From positions 50,654,001-50,718,000 of the forward strand of contig NC_092354.1 of assembly GCF_963676685.1 (NCBI RefSeq): a stretch of 64,000 bases of DNA. Direction: 5' to 3'. Shown here piece by piece: positions 48,063-60,535 of the stretch. This DNA is from Mytilus edulis. Taxonomy: Eukaryota. The notes under the pieces were generated by a model. It did not search any database. It saw nothing but the letters and a program-made list of their open reading frames with translations, and was not told the DNA's origin. Made by a program: the position numbers and the translations under genes. Each line of letters opens with the position of its first letter. The first letter of the stretch is position 1.

Positions 48063-51000
48063 TACGTCTGAGTCAGTATTCCATACTATATATATGTGTG
48101 TTTGTGGCATATCATCGTGGCCACAAGTTAATTCTTTTCTGTTTAGTATTAAATTTATATTAAGATCCATTTTGTTACATCTTGTGATCAATTTTATTTG
48201 GCAATCGCCAATGGCAGTCAGCAGGGTTAAAGAACATCAGTTGTTCGACCTGTTAGTCAAATGCGTTTTGTTTAAATATACTTTTTCACTTTTTTTTTGT
48301 CTTTTGGTACATGTTGTTTGTGCTGTTTTTAGACTCTTCTACAACGAAATTTGTTTTACATGCACACGTATAAAAATAAAAATGTTATTACTACGTCTTA
48401 CGTCTTAATATTTTTATCAATAGCAACACACAAAACAAGAATGTTGCTTATCTCGTGAAAACTAAAGTCGTGTGTATCTGTTCACTTGAAAGTAAAATAA
48501 AACGATCTCCGCGGAAAATTCTAAACGGAAAGTCTATAGGCAAATGGCAAAATCATTAGAGCAAATCTCTTATAAATGTATAACAACCGTCATATTTCTG
48601 ACTTGGTACAGGCATTTTTAATGTCTAAAATAATGGATTATATGGTTCTGTAACAAAAGTAAAAAATTACCTTTGATTGAGTTTTGGCCGATTTAAATGT
48701 CCTTATCTCAAACGATTGTTTTTGTAAATTTTATTTCTTTGCATGAAATCTTTATTGCAACGAACAAAAATGATTTTTGTATTATAAATTCTGCATTACT
48801 TCGAAGTTTATGGTTTAACTAAAAAAGATTTCTACATATTTGCAGCAAAACACGCCCAACACACAAAACAAGGAATGCTTTTTTTTTAATTTGATAGTTG
48901 CTTTTTTTTTCTTTTTTTTTTTGTATATGTTTGTTTGTCTTGAGATTGTAACACAGTGATGACTGCTGTAACCATATTTTGACTATTTCACCGATTATGT
49001 CTGTTTTATTCACGCATTGTTGAAAAATTACGGTATTTGATGTGACTGTCATATATGAGAGGTTTAGCGCTATAAAACCAGGATCAATTCACCATTTTCT
49101 ACATGTGAAAATGCCTGTTCCAAGTTAGTAATATGACAGTTGTTGTCCATTAGTTTAGTGTGTTTTATTCTTTGATTTTGCCATGTGACTTTTTGTTTTG
49201 AATATTCCTCGGAGTTCAGTATTTTTGTGATTTTACTTTTTGTGTATGATAAGATGTGTACTTTGTTTATTCTTATTCTCTAATTTTTTTAAAAGTTTTA
49301 ACTTAATGATTTAACTAAATGATCACAAAATAACATGTATCTTATTTGACAATTATTTACTAGATACTTTTAGGCATTAGAAGTTGTTGTTTGTTGAAAT
49401 ATCAAATCGATAAAGAAAAAAACAAGCAAGGAAACACCCACACATATGACATGTATGAACTCTAGACGAAACGAGACACGATATTCTAAATCTTTATACT
49501 AAGATCGATGATAATGTATAACTACATTTTATGATTAAACAAGTTAAAAAAAGTACATGTAGGTATATCAACTGGAAAATGTTTGACCCATAGTGTAACA
49601 GAAACATGTATAACTATTTGCGTCGATAGACTAAGGACACAACATCAACTAATTATATATTTTTTATGTCGATTGTTTTGCTTATGAGACTTGTCTTGTT
49701 AATTTTGTTCAGTTTGTTTTGTTTGTTTGTTTGTTTGTTTTGTTTTTGTTTTTGTCTGTTTTTTTTTATATTCCTTTATACCAAATAGACCTCTAAGGAT
49801 CAATTATTAGGATATATTAGTTTTACTTTAATTGCGCAAAAAACTTTGAACAGACATTTGATTGAAAATTGTTTTCTTGTGGAAATTTACAATGAAACAA
49901 AAGATAAAGAAAGACTATTAGTACAGCATTTTGTAACTTCACATTCAAATTTACTCAAATGTCTGTCTGTGGCTCATTTATAACTTAAAGTGTGTAACAA
50001 CAATAAAAATACATTAAATAATTCCTGACAAAACCCATAAGTAATTAATTAATAAGCACATTAACCAACCATTTATGTAGTTATATAGGCGTAGAACATA
50101 TAAAAGTAAATAGCATTATTCACATTATATAAAGCTGAAAAAAATAAAACTGTCGGTCACTGAGAAGAAGGTATATCATTGCAGCAGATCAAGTCTGTGT
50201 AAAAAAATATTAGTCGATGAAGAGGCAGATAGATGTAAAACATCCATCGAAAATAATTCATGTATATTGAGGACAACATACGTAAGTATGAAATATATAT
50301 CAATCTTGACATTACTAGGACGACCAGATCCTGGATAGCTTAATTATAAGCCTTGTACCGTTGATAACTATTTACAGTTGGTATTTAAAACTACAAAAGA
50401 ACCAGAAGCATATTTAAGTAGGAGATCCAGTGGAAAATTGGACAGGCGAGCGATATTTCCTTCCTCACAAACGCTTATTTCCAACAAATGCATACAGGTG
50501 ACTAAGATGGTATTCAGCTTACAAATAGCAATTGAGAAACAACAGCACTACATGTAAGTAAAGAGGGTCAAATCTAAAAAAAAAAAACACTGAACAAAAA
50601 AAGAAAGTCACTAATGAAATTGCAAAATCAAAATTTAAACACCTCAAACGCATGGACAACAACTGTCATAAACCTGACGTGGTACAAGCATTTTCTTATG
50701 TAAAAAGAATCAGCGGAAAATATTCTAACTATAATCGCCGCTGGGAGAAAAAAGACCAAGACAAAACACAACACTGAAAATTAAAGACTGGTTAACACGA
50801 ACCTTACCATAATCGTGAAGTGACCTTATGTGTTCTCCATGAGTTTGCTCCTATCAGTACACATTTGGCGATATGTTTCATGCGATGATATTACATCTAA
50901 TAGAACGAGGACGGGATTCAATGAACGACATGATGAACGTTTGTATAATGTGTTTGCAAACATGTGATAGAGACAGTCTTTAAAGAGAAATGAATCGTTG

Positions 51001-51626
51001 GAATGAGCGTTATAAGGTACTGTTGACATCTGTTTTGCTAAAGGATGCTGTGACAAAAAATAAAGTTGAAGAATTAAAACAAATATTAATATTCAATTTG
51101 TTTTCATAGTTTTTACATTCTTTATAAATTCTTACATGTATTTTACAGTTCAAGCTCAAAGTAGATTTATTATAACCGGTTCTTTCTTAATGAAACCGGC
51201 ACATCATATGATAAACAAGTTATGCTAATTATTGATATAATCTTCCTAAATAAAACTGCAAAACACGTTTAAGACAAATGTAATGTCAGGTTTCATTGTG
51301 CATTGACATTAATAACAATAAATAAAAATAAGGTTGTTTTACAAGGTAACATTCTGTGTCGTTTATCAAAGTGACATGTTCTGCGTAATAAATAGTGAAC
51401 ATATATTGTCATTTTCTATAAATTTACTGTATATAACATTTTGGAATGATAAAATAAAACCACACACGAAAGTTATTTATCTGCTTGCGTATACTTTGAC
51501 TGTCACACTTGTTATTCATCCGTTTGATGTGTTTGAAATTTTGATTTTGCAATTCGCTTAGTACATTCCCGTTTATTATTGTCCTTAAAAGTTCGGTTTT
51601 TTGTTATTTTACTTTTGGCATTTATT

Positions 51627-51975
51627 TAAGAATTGAATGCTTCTTTTAGTAAATTTATTGGGGTGTAAAAGCGTTGACCGAAGTACATTTGCGCTTCATT
51701 CTAAAAATGTACGCACGGTCAACGCTTTTACAGCCCTATAAAATTACAAAAAGAAACATTCAATACTTATAATTACATTTTTAAGCTATGATCATGAAAA
51801 CACGAATTTTATAATTGTTTTATTTAATTCACCTGAGTGTGCACTTTATTGTGGGACCACGTGTTATCATGAATGAAAAGTTTTATTTAGTAATGCAATT
51901 GCTTAATGAATAACATGTGATGCAGATAGCCAATCAGAATAAAGTATTATAATGAAACATACATCTAATGTAATT
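51627..51975. mobile_element. Short element with a long 5' imperfect hairpin
   Basis: attgaatg..tgtaaaagcgttgaccg..gtacattt / aaatgtac..cggtcaacgcttttaca..cattcaat (51632-51763). The right boundary is approximate. Confidence 0.55.
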
Positions 51976-54209
51976 ATTTAATTGTATCTGGTAGTCTTTT
52001 TTGTTTTGATGTAGATGCTTTTCATGTTTAAATTGGCTGTTTAAATAATTTAACTCGGACACCATTGATGAAAGTAACGTAAACGAAACGTACAAATATG
52101 TACACATTATAAATGTTGTATTCTGTTTAACCATATATTCAAGAAAAAACTATTTCTGTAATAGACGTTATATGACGAGATTATTTAACTGTTGTTTGCT
52201 TTATGATCAGTGGAAGATAGTCCTCCTTTCTTTAGAGTAAGAAGCATTTAAACATTATTCAAATTAGCCAGGTTCTATAACGGGGTAGATATGATGACGG
52301 ATGGGAAATGAAGTACACGTGAATGTACTATATACGTTTGCGATTTGATTTTATTGTCTGAATACCTCGAAGTTATGTTTGCATTTTTTTCATGTATGAT
52401 GAATTTCAAATTTAAACTAAATCTTTGTGCAGCTTTTATTCTTCCCTTTGATGCAAGATATAAAGATAACAAGTGTTATCTATTGGTACTTTGCTGCCTT
52501 AATAATTAAAGCATCGATTATAATCAATCAAATATGAAAAAAAAGCATCAACCTTCATTATGGCACTCCACGCTTTCAAAATAAATATGAAATAAAAATA
52601 GATATGAAAAAAATAATAATAAGATTGCTCATGTTTACTCTCCAATAGCTATCTATCTACTACAGATGATCACAATAGAAACAAGTTTGAGTCTTGTAAA
52701 AGCTGTGGACTGCCTCGCTCTATCTTAATTTAATCATCTCCAGTTTTTGGTGGGGTTCGTGTTGCCCAGTCTTTAGTTTGCTATGTTGTTTCTTGTGTAC
52801 TATTATTTGTCTGTTTGTCTTTTTCATTTTTAACCATGGCGTTGTCAGTTTATTTTCGGTTTATAAGTTTTCATAGCTATTCCACTGGTATCCTTTGCAT
52901 GTTTTGCTAGATTTATGAATTTTGAACAGCGGTATACTTTTGTTTGCCTTTATTTGCCCCTCTGTTAAGGTAATATTTGTTCACTTTATTTGTTGAAAAC
53001 TAAAACATTTACGAAGAGACACGACTATGACATTGTGTCTCTCTTGATGTGTGCCCAGATTGGCAGAAATTAAAAAATACAGATTTTTGTAAACATTGTA
53101 TAAGCACATCGTTTAGCGAAACAAATTTTGCCTATTGCAAATTAACAAAGCAAATAAACACGTGATTATAATTTATATTTTAATATTGAATTTCAGTGTG
53201 CAATATTATGCATAAGAAAACGAATATGAATTAGTGAACTGAACTACACTAAGTAAATTTGCCGATATTTGATGCCTTATCCTAAGCCGCGAAGAGTCAG
53301 TATTATTTTGTATTTCATTTAAACCAATAGCCGTTGCTTTATCCTAGTCGCATCATAAAGCAACCAATCAGAATCCAAATGTGTTAATAATTATATCAAG
53401 ATGGCGTGTTTTGAACTGAAACTAAAGCTTCGCACCATGATGTGAAGCAAAACTCGTTGTCCATTCTATGATATAGCAATAACCAATAAAGAATGAAGAA
53501 ACGTGTAATGAATGCTAATATGTTAAATATTAATAAAGACTAAACAAAAAACAAAAATGCCTGAAACAAGTCAGGAATATGATAGTTGTTATCCATTCGT
53601 TTGATGTGTTTGAGATTAAGATTTTGCCATTTGATTATGGACTTTCTGTTTTGATTCTCCTCGGAGTTAAGCACTTTTGTGGTTTTTTTTTTACAGGTCA
53701 GAACTCGGGTTCTAAGTAATCAAAAATCTAATATTTGATTTATGATAGAAGCACTAATACCCAGCAGATTGACACCATAGGAAAATACGATTGTCATCGT
53801 CATAAATTTTTCTAAAGTGACTGTGATTGCAAAGAACCACATCTATCGTTTAGGTCTTAAACGTTAATATAAACATTGATAAACCGATGCTTCGTGTAAA
53901 ACGTGTGACGCTGCTTGAAATTAAACGAAATCTCACAGCAATACCACATTGACGAACCGTTGAATCAAGATTTACGGCTTTCCACCCTTAAATGACAATA
54001 CATAATTATGTATCATATTTAATTTTATTTTTCTGTCAGTAATATATGCATAATATTTGTAAGTAATATTAAGTTTGATAAAATATGCCGATAGAAAAGG
54101 TAAATTGCTAAATAAAGATGTAACAAGTGGAAGCAATATAATTACCCTCCAAGAGCACTTAAATCTACCCTTAAGTTTTGTTGGAATCATGTCTTAGTTT
54201 CATTTTTGG

Positions 54210-54320
54210 TGTTTGTTAACTTCTTTTTAGTGTTTTTTAAACTTCTTGTTAGTGTTTGGTAAACTTCTTTTAAGTGTTTTGTAAACTTCTTTTTCGTATT
54301 TTGTAAACTTCTTCGTGTTT
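54210..54320. repeat. Minisatellite, ~22-bp unit x5
   Basis: taaacttctttt.agtgtttt.. repeated. Confidence 0.8.
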
Positions 54321-54668
54321 TGCCATGTCACTTTCAGTTTATTTAGAACCATCAGTTGTCGCCCCTGACTGTACACTTAAAACATTAACTTGAATACTCA
54401 AAACTTTTAATAAAACAAAAATGCTTGAATGTCTGAAAAACGCGATTATTGATTCATTTTTAAGATCCTACAATCATCATTTATCAGTTTGTTTTAGATT
54501 TATGAGTTTGACTGTCCCTTTGGTATCTTTCGTCCCTCTTCTGAATCATATTCTATATTAATTTTATATGACTAAGCATTGCTGTTTTGAAGAATATGGG
54601 GTATAGACCTACATAAAACAGAAAGTTAACTATAAAGACATTCTGAATGTGCCTGTCCCAAGTTATGT

Positions 54669-54795
54669 TATAATATAATATAATATAGTAATATGATATA
54701 TAATATAATAAATATAATATAATATAATATAATATAATATAATATAATATAATATAATATATAATATAAAATATAATATAATATAATATAATTAG
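54669..54795. repeat. (AATAT)n microsatellite
   Basis: Read directly from the sequence. A second tract lies at 55484-55521. Confidence 0.95.
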
Positions 54796-55483
54796 AATAT
54801 GATATATTATTGTATAGCAATATAATATTTCCCACAGAATGTAACCAAAAGTTAGCATGCAATAAACTCTGTTAATATATAAGAAGTAGTAAATACAGAT
54901 AAATTGTATGTGTAATACAATCATTGGCAAGCGCGCTGTATCAGCCACCCGTGATGATATCGATATCAGCACGGTTTCAAAAGCTTTATCACACCTTTAA
55001 TTTGTATGACGTCACGTCATCGATTGCATTTCACACCTCCTTATCTGTATGACGTCATGTCACATAAAAAACATCTACTTGAGGTATATTATGTATATAA
55101 TAAAGTGTATATGATATGGCTTTTCCAATATCACACAGCGTATCAACCCTCAACCAATATAATCCCTCGAGCAGAGCTCTTGGGATTATATTGGTGTCTC
55201 AGGTTGATACGGATGCGATATTGAAAACGCCATATGATTTTCTCTATATATTGCACTAGTGAAATAAATCTTCAAAATTCATGACGTCATCAACGTTTAA
55301 ATCTTAGTTAAAACCAATTTTTACTTTCAAATATTATATTGCTATACAATAAAAGGGTTATTGCATGAATATTGGGGAATTTTGTCCCTCGTAGAACATA
55401 TATCATGTATATTGCACTCGCAAGCTCGTGCAATATAAAGTTCTACTCGGGACAATATTCCCCAATATTCGTGCAATAACCCT
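54796..55483. mobile_element. Hairpin-rich element(s) between two (AATAT)n tracts
   Basis: Imperfect palindromes at 55114-55235 and 55354-55483. Confidence 0.55.
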
Positions 55484-56563
55484 ATAATATAATATAATAT
55501 AATATAATATAATATAATATATACCCCTGCCTTAAGGTTTTAACAGAACCAGATATTTATTAAAAACATTCTCGAGCTCCATACAGAATATTTTCCGCAT
55601 ACGCAAAGGATTTGTTTTATATTTTGCTGTGAAAATAGTTCTATCGTGTATGCAATAATTTGTAATAACAGTTTAAGACATAAATTAAGTATTTAAGTAT
55701 TTAAATTATAAACGTATCATTAACGGATACACGTCTTTTCTTTCCCTTAGTGACCCTCTGACTTTCTTGAAGGATTTTTACAGCTAACGACTACGCCACA
55801 TAGTAATGTTCGTTATGATGATGTTGTTGAGGTTACATTTGGGGTTAACATCGTCGTTTATACCCAAAATATATGTTTACATTGAACAGTTTTTGTTCTT
55901 CTATTAGCGGGGTTCAAACCCCCCGAGATGATCGCATCATGACTTCACTGCCAACACCTTGTCTTGCGTCCTAGACCAGTCGACAAACTAGGATTTATTA
56001 GGTACGGCTTTTGTTTTTGAATAATGTCTTGTCCCGTCGGCTTCATCTTGCATGATGTATTGCAACAAGTAAATAAAATTGTTTGTGTTAATAACGTACG
56101 AAAATGTTTGCTTGTAACACACCTCGTCAATGAATTGTTATTGTTATTATGACGGCATTTCCTATTAATTTAACACGGTTGGTTTGTCATTTTCATCTGT
56201 TTTTCATATGGTCATTTATAATTCATTCATTCATTCATTCGTTAAAAACATGAAGTTTATACAAGGAAGATAAATCGTTTTACATCAAACTGCTTCAATC
56301 GGCAATCCTCGGGTGACTCAGCTACTGTACGGAATCGGCCGAGTTGAGACGAATGCAAATTGCTTATTTCGATTGATCTTTTGAAAAAGTAAGAAAAAAA
56401 ACAATACTTGTAAATTGTATCTTCGTTTTAAATATAAAAAAGAGTGTTGTTAAAAAATAATATAAAAAAGAAAACGAAATGTACAAACAAAAGAAATCAG
56501 CAAATTAATTAACTCGTACTTTAGTCTAAAACAATGAAACGCGTCGGATATATCATAAGGCTT

Positions 56564-57715
56564 TTATATCAAGGGGTTAACAACACGTCCTAAAAATATA
56601 ATTGTTCCAGTTAAATTATCACGGATCGCAAAAACAAACGGATGATTCGCTATAAATTGGAAAGAGCGGGGTTTCTTACCATCTCGTCTTGGTACCCGAA
56701 CAGCTGTACTTCCGGAAGCCTCGGTTCCATCTTCATTTACCTCTATAAATGCTTTGTGCACAGCAGTGCTGACATAAAGTGATCGCTTAACGTTTGCCAT
56801 GTTTTTGAAATTTGCTAATCGCTGATTGAATATGTCGGTCATACCACGTGTTTTAAGTATTGGAATCAAATCGTATCCAGTTTCTATTTTAAACTTTGGA
56901 ATTTTGATAACAGTCTCTTGTGTTCTTAGTCCACCCAGAATGTTTTTGAAAGTATTCATAGACAGTTTAGATTCCAGTTGATTCAATCCATTCACATTAT
57001 TTGGAAGAAGAAATACCATAGACAACCTCTTGCCGCTATAATGTAGCTGAAGAATTTTACAGTTCAATGCAGTATTGTACCCAGATTTCACGTTATAAAT
57101 GGCATTCATCATGTTAACTTGTTTCCGGTTCCGCTGGTTGACACTAAATGGTTCCCTTCTAGTTCTTTTCTGGTCGAACTTAGCGTCCCACGATCCTTTA
57201 AAATAAATAGCATTAACTAAAACTAAAGCTGTTTTGGCGTCTATCATTTTCCTTTCGATCACACTTTTTATTTTGTTATTGGTTTTTCCTGCAATCCAAT
57301 CATTTATACTTTTTCGAGATTTTTCCCGTTGTCTTGAAAAGTCCATTAGTTGCACCGCACTGCCATAATAACGTTTGACCTTATCTTTGTAAGTAGAAAA
57401 TGCATTACTTCCATATAATCTGTTCGCTACTAAAAGCGATGCGCCTTTTTTTGCATTCCTAGTCAGCTTCAGTTCGAGTCGTTTGTAATTGAAATGCACG
57501 TTCGTAGGCAAATTATTCAAGTTCATAGATGACATCATTTGATTTTTGGTCTTCCCATCCGTCCCCAACATGAGCATGAGCAGTGCTGTGGTAATACTAT
57601 AGGGTGATAGTACTTCATTCCCGTCTTTTGGTACTTCATCATACAAGGAAAATGCAAAATTTCCGATCGCTTGTTCAAACGCGACGTTTGATACAAGTCC
57701 TCGAGCTAAAGCCAT
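56564..57715 (-). CDS. Serpin S6, 383 aa, divergent and strongly basic
   Basis: Serpin motifs SPYSI, LVNAIYFKGSW, IPKF, EDGTEAS and ANHPF. The first ATG is at 57715; the ORF-track start at 57748 is GTG. RCL EDGTEASGSTAVRVPRR-DGKK. Confidence 0.95.
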   Translation of the reverse strand: MALARGLVSNVAFEQAIGNFAFSLYDEVPKDGNEVLSPYSITTALLMLMLGTDGKTKNQMMSSMNLNNLPTNVHFNYKRLELKLTRNAKKGASLLVANRLYGSNAFSTYKDKVKRYYGSAVQLMDFSRQREKSRKSINDWIAGKTNNKIKSVIERKMIDAKTALVLVNAIYFKGSWDAKFDQKRTRREPFSVNQRNRKQVNMMNAIYNVKSGYNTALNCKILQLHYSGKRLSMVFLLPNNVNGLNQLESKLSMNTFKNILGGLRTQETVIKIPKFKIETGYDLIPILKTRGMTDIFNQRLANFKNMANVKRSLYVSTAVHKAFIEVNEDGTEASGSTAVRVPRRDGKKPRSFQFIANHPFVFAIRDNLTGTIIFLGRVVNPLI

Positions 57716-57978
57716 TAAAAAGGAATTTATAACAGTATTAAAGATCACTATGTCTACATGTTCCTATAAATACCATATGAAATGATGATACGAGTAAAGT
57801 CATGTGGCCTGACCTCGTTAACATAAACAGTTTCAGGTATTCCCCGTTTTGTTTTATGTGAATAAAATAAAATTGAGAAAGGAAAAAGGTTATTTACCCA
57901 AAAGTACAGACGTTTTCTGTTGTTTTTTTTTTGTTAATAAATTATGTTCAATATAATACTGGATACACAAAAAGTGCT

Positions 57979-58153
57979 CAGTGGCGGATCCAGCCATTTT
58001 AAAAAGGGGGTCCCAACCCAGGACAAGGGGGGGGGGGGGTGTCCCAACCCAGGACAAAAGGGGGGTTCCAACTATATGTCCCCATTCAAATTCATTGATC
58101 GGCCAAAAAAGGGGGGTTCCAACCCCCCCCCCCCCCCCTGGAATCCGCCACTG
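57979..58153. mobile_element. MITE with CAGTGGCGGAT TIRs (hAT-like termini)
   Basis: cagtggcggatcca / tggaatccgccactg with internal G/C runs. Flanked by a 5-bp direct repeat GTGCT. Confidence 0.8.
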
Positions 58154-60399
58154 GTGCTTTTGTTTCGTCATCTTTTTGTAAAATATATAATTGTCTTACT
58201 TTTAAATTAATAAATATCAGAATTTAAACGCAAAATAATCGTTTTCTGCAAAATAATTATTACATAATATATATTTTATGACTAAATATCCCTGATAAAT
58301 CTTTATGAATTATTCCACTGAATTTTTGTAAACAGATAGTTGTTCATTAATGAATTGAGAATACCATATTTATGATACGACTGACCTACATGTCTGCATC
58401 TTGACAGATATGAATCGGTTATTTATCTGCAAGATTTGTTTTATTTGTCTGCAAGATCTAACAAAATATTTACATAAAATTGATAAAGGAAACAGTGGAA
58501 TGCCATCAATCTGGCAGAAAAAACAGCCCATGGTCATCAGTGAGAAAGTACAGCATCCGGAAACAGGCTTCGGGAGAACTCTTACAATAATGTATACTAG
58601 TTTAGCGAAAATGATCGTCCCACTTACCACCGAAACATATAAATGAACCAAAATTATAACACCAAAACTATACAAAACTAACAAAAGCTAGAAATTTGTG
58701 ACTTGGTACATGTACAGCATGCAGCGGGGATTAAACATATTTTGTGAGATATCAGCCCTTCCCCTATAGCTCTTGCCAATGATTAATAAACAAACTCATA
58801 GCAATGCGCACTGTAAAACTCAGTTTAAAAGAATAGTTTGTCCGATGTTAGAAAAGATAACAGAAGACAGTGCGCAGAATGATAAATCTCAACAAAATTT
58901 AACAAAGAACTACTTACAGTTACTAACATACTATACCAGATCCAGACCTTAATACAATGTTTGGAAGATCATATGTCTTAATCAAGTAAATCTATATTTG
59001 TAACGTGTTTTGTGCAACTTTGGAAGCCAGAACATAGAACGTTTATGTTATTCGATGCTGCTTATAAAGAGGTAGCTAAAAGTTTATGTTTGTTACAGAT
59101 GTCGTTTCCAAAAAGTAAATGAGTCAATTACATGAATTGTTGGTAGCTGGATTCGTGATTTCCTTTTGCAGTAAATCAATACAAAATTTATGTCAACAAG
59201 AATGATATTATTGGCATCTTTTCAGTAGGGCCGAAAAAAAATCCTAATCGAGTTATTTTACCTTATATATAAAATATATACAAAAGAGTGACGAATAGTA
59301 CCAGAGGGAAAGTCAAACTCATAGATTGAAAATAAACTGACAATGCCATGGCTAAAATTAAAAAGACAACCAGACGAATAATAGTACAGAAGACACAACA
59401 TAAAAAACTGAAGACTAAGCAACACGAACCCTACCAAAATCCGAGAAGGGTAAGCAGATCCTACTCCACATGTGACACCCGTCGTGTTGCTTATGATATT
59501 ACAAATCCCGCAAATAGTCTGTATGCAATGTGCTTGCTAATGAGAAATCTCTTCAAAACAGATTAAAATGAAAGAGAAATAAACAACTATAGGTCACCTT
59601 CCACAATGAGCAAACACATATCGCATAGTCAGCTATAAAAGACCCCGAATAACAAATGAAACGAGAAAACTTACTGTCTAATTTATATACGAAAAATGGA
59701 CAAACACAAATATGTAATAAACGAAAATCACCGAATTACCTGGAGTGGACCACTTCCTATATACAAGTTATGAAATTTTCATAATACCGACTTTAGAATT
59801 TTTCGACAGATTAAATGTATAATCGTAGCAATTTGAGGGGAATTTTGACTGTTTTCTGTAAACTTTCAAAATTGTACCGATTAAAATCTTGAATTTCCTT
59901 GCTTGTTTTTGCCTGATTGAGTACCAGGATCTCCACAGAGAAGGAAACGGCTGTCGAAAAAATATAAATTCAGGAGTCAAAAGTCGGTAATATGCACTGC
60001 ATGAAATGATACGTTTACAAAATTTATTAAAAAATTAAATTTCTAGTTTTGAATTTAAGGTCTGATTTATGAAGAATTATTTTAGTAGTTTATGAAAATT
60101 TAATAATTTTTTTAAATTTCTTATTTTCTTAAGTTTAATTCCTATTTATGGGTTATTAAACTTGTTATTTATTTGAAAAATAATAAAAGTTTAAATTTGT
60201 TATTTAAAAGGTTTAAATCTAGTTTATCACCGTTAAATTTTTCGTTTAAATATACGTTTATTTTTTATCAAAACTACTAATATCAGACGATTTAACTGAA
60301 ATTTAATTTAGATTAAATAACAAGTTTATACTGATCAATTTTTGTTCTGTAAATTTGAAATTTAATGCCAGTTTTGGTAACGTGTTTTTCATTGTCTTT

Positions 60400-60535
60400 C
60401 ATAGCTGACTATGCGGTATGGGCTTTGCTCATTGTTGAAGGCCGTACTGTGACCTAAAGTTGTTAATGTCTGTGTCATTTTGGTCTTTTGTGGATAGTTG
60501 TCTCATTGGCAATCATACCACATCTTCTTTTTTAT
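60400..60535. repeat. Abundant interspersed repeat (..gttgtctcattggcaatcataccacatctt family)
   Basis: Copies at 63540-63800, 885-940 (reverse), 59560-59700 (reverse) and 61720-61850 (reverse). Confidence 0.8.

Noticed and set aside
54553-54972. Tyr/Ile-rich 139-aa ORF
   Set aside because: It is a translation of the (AATAT)n microsatellite.
57716-57748. 11-aa N-terminal extension of S6 in the ORF track
   Set aside because: It begins at GTG only ~17 bp from the TATA-like box, and the ATG at 57715 aligns with the paralogues.
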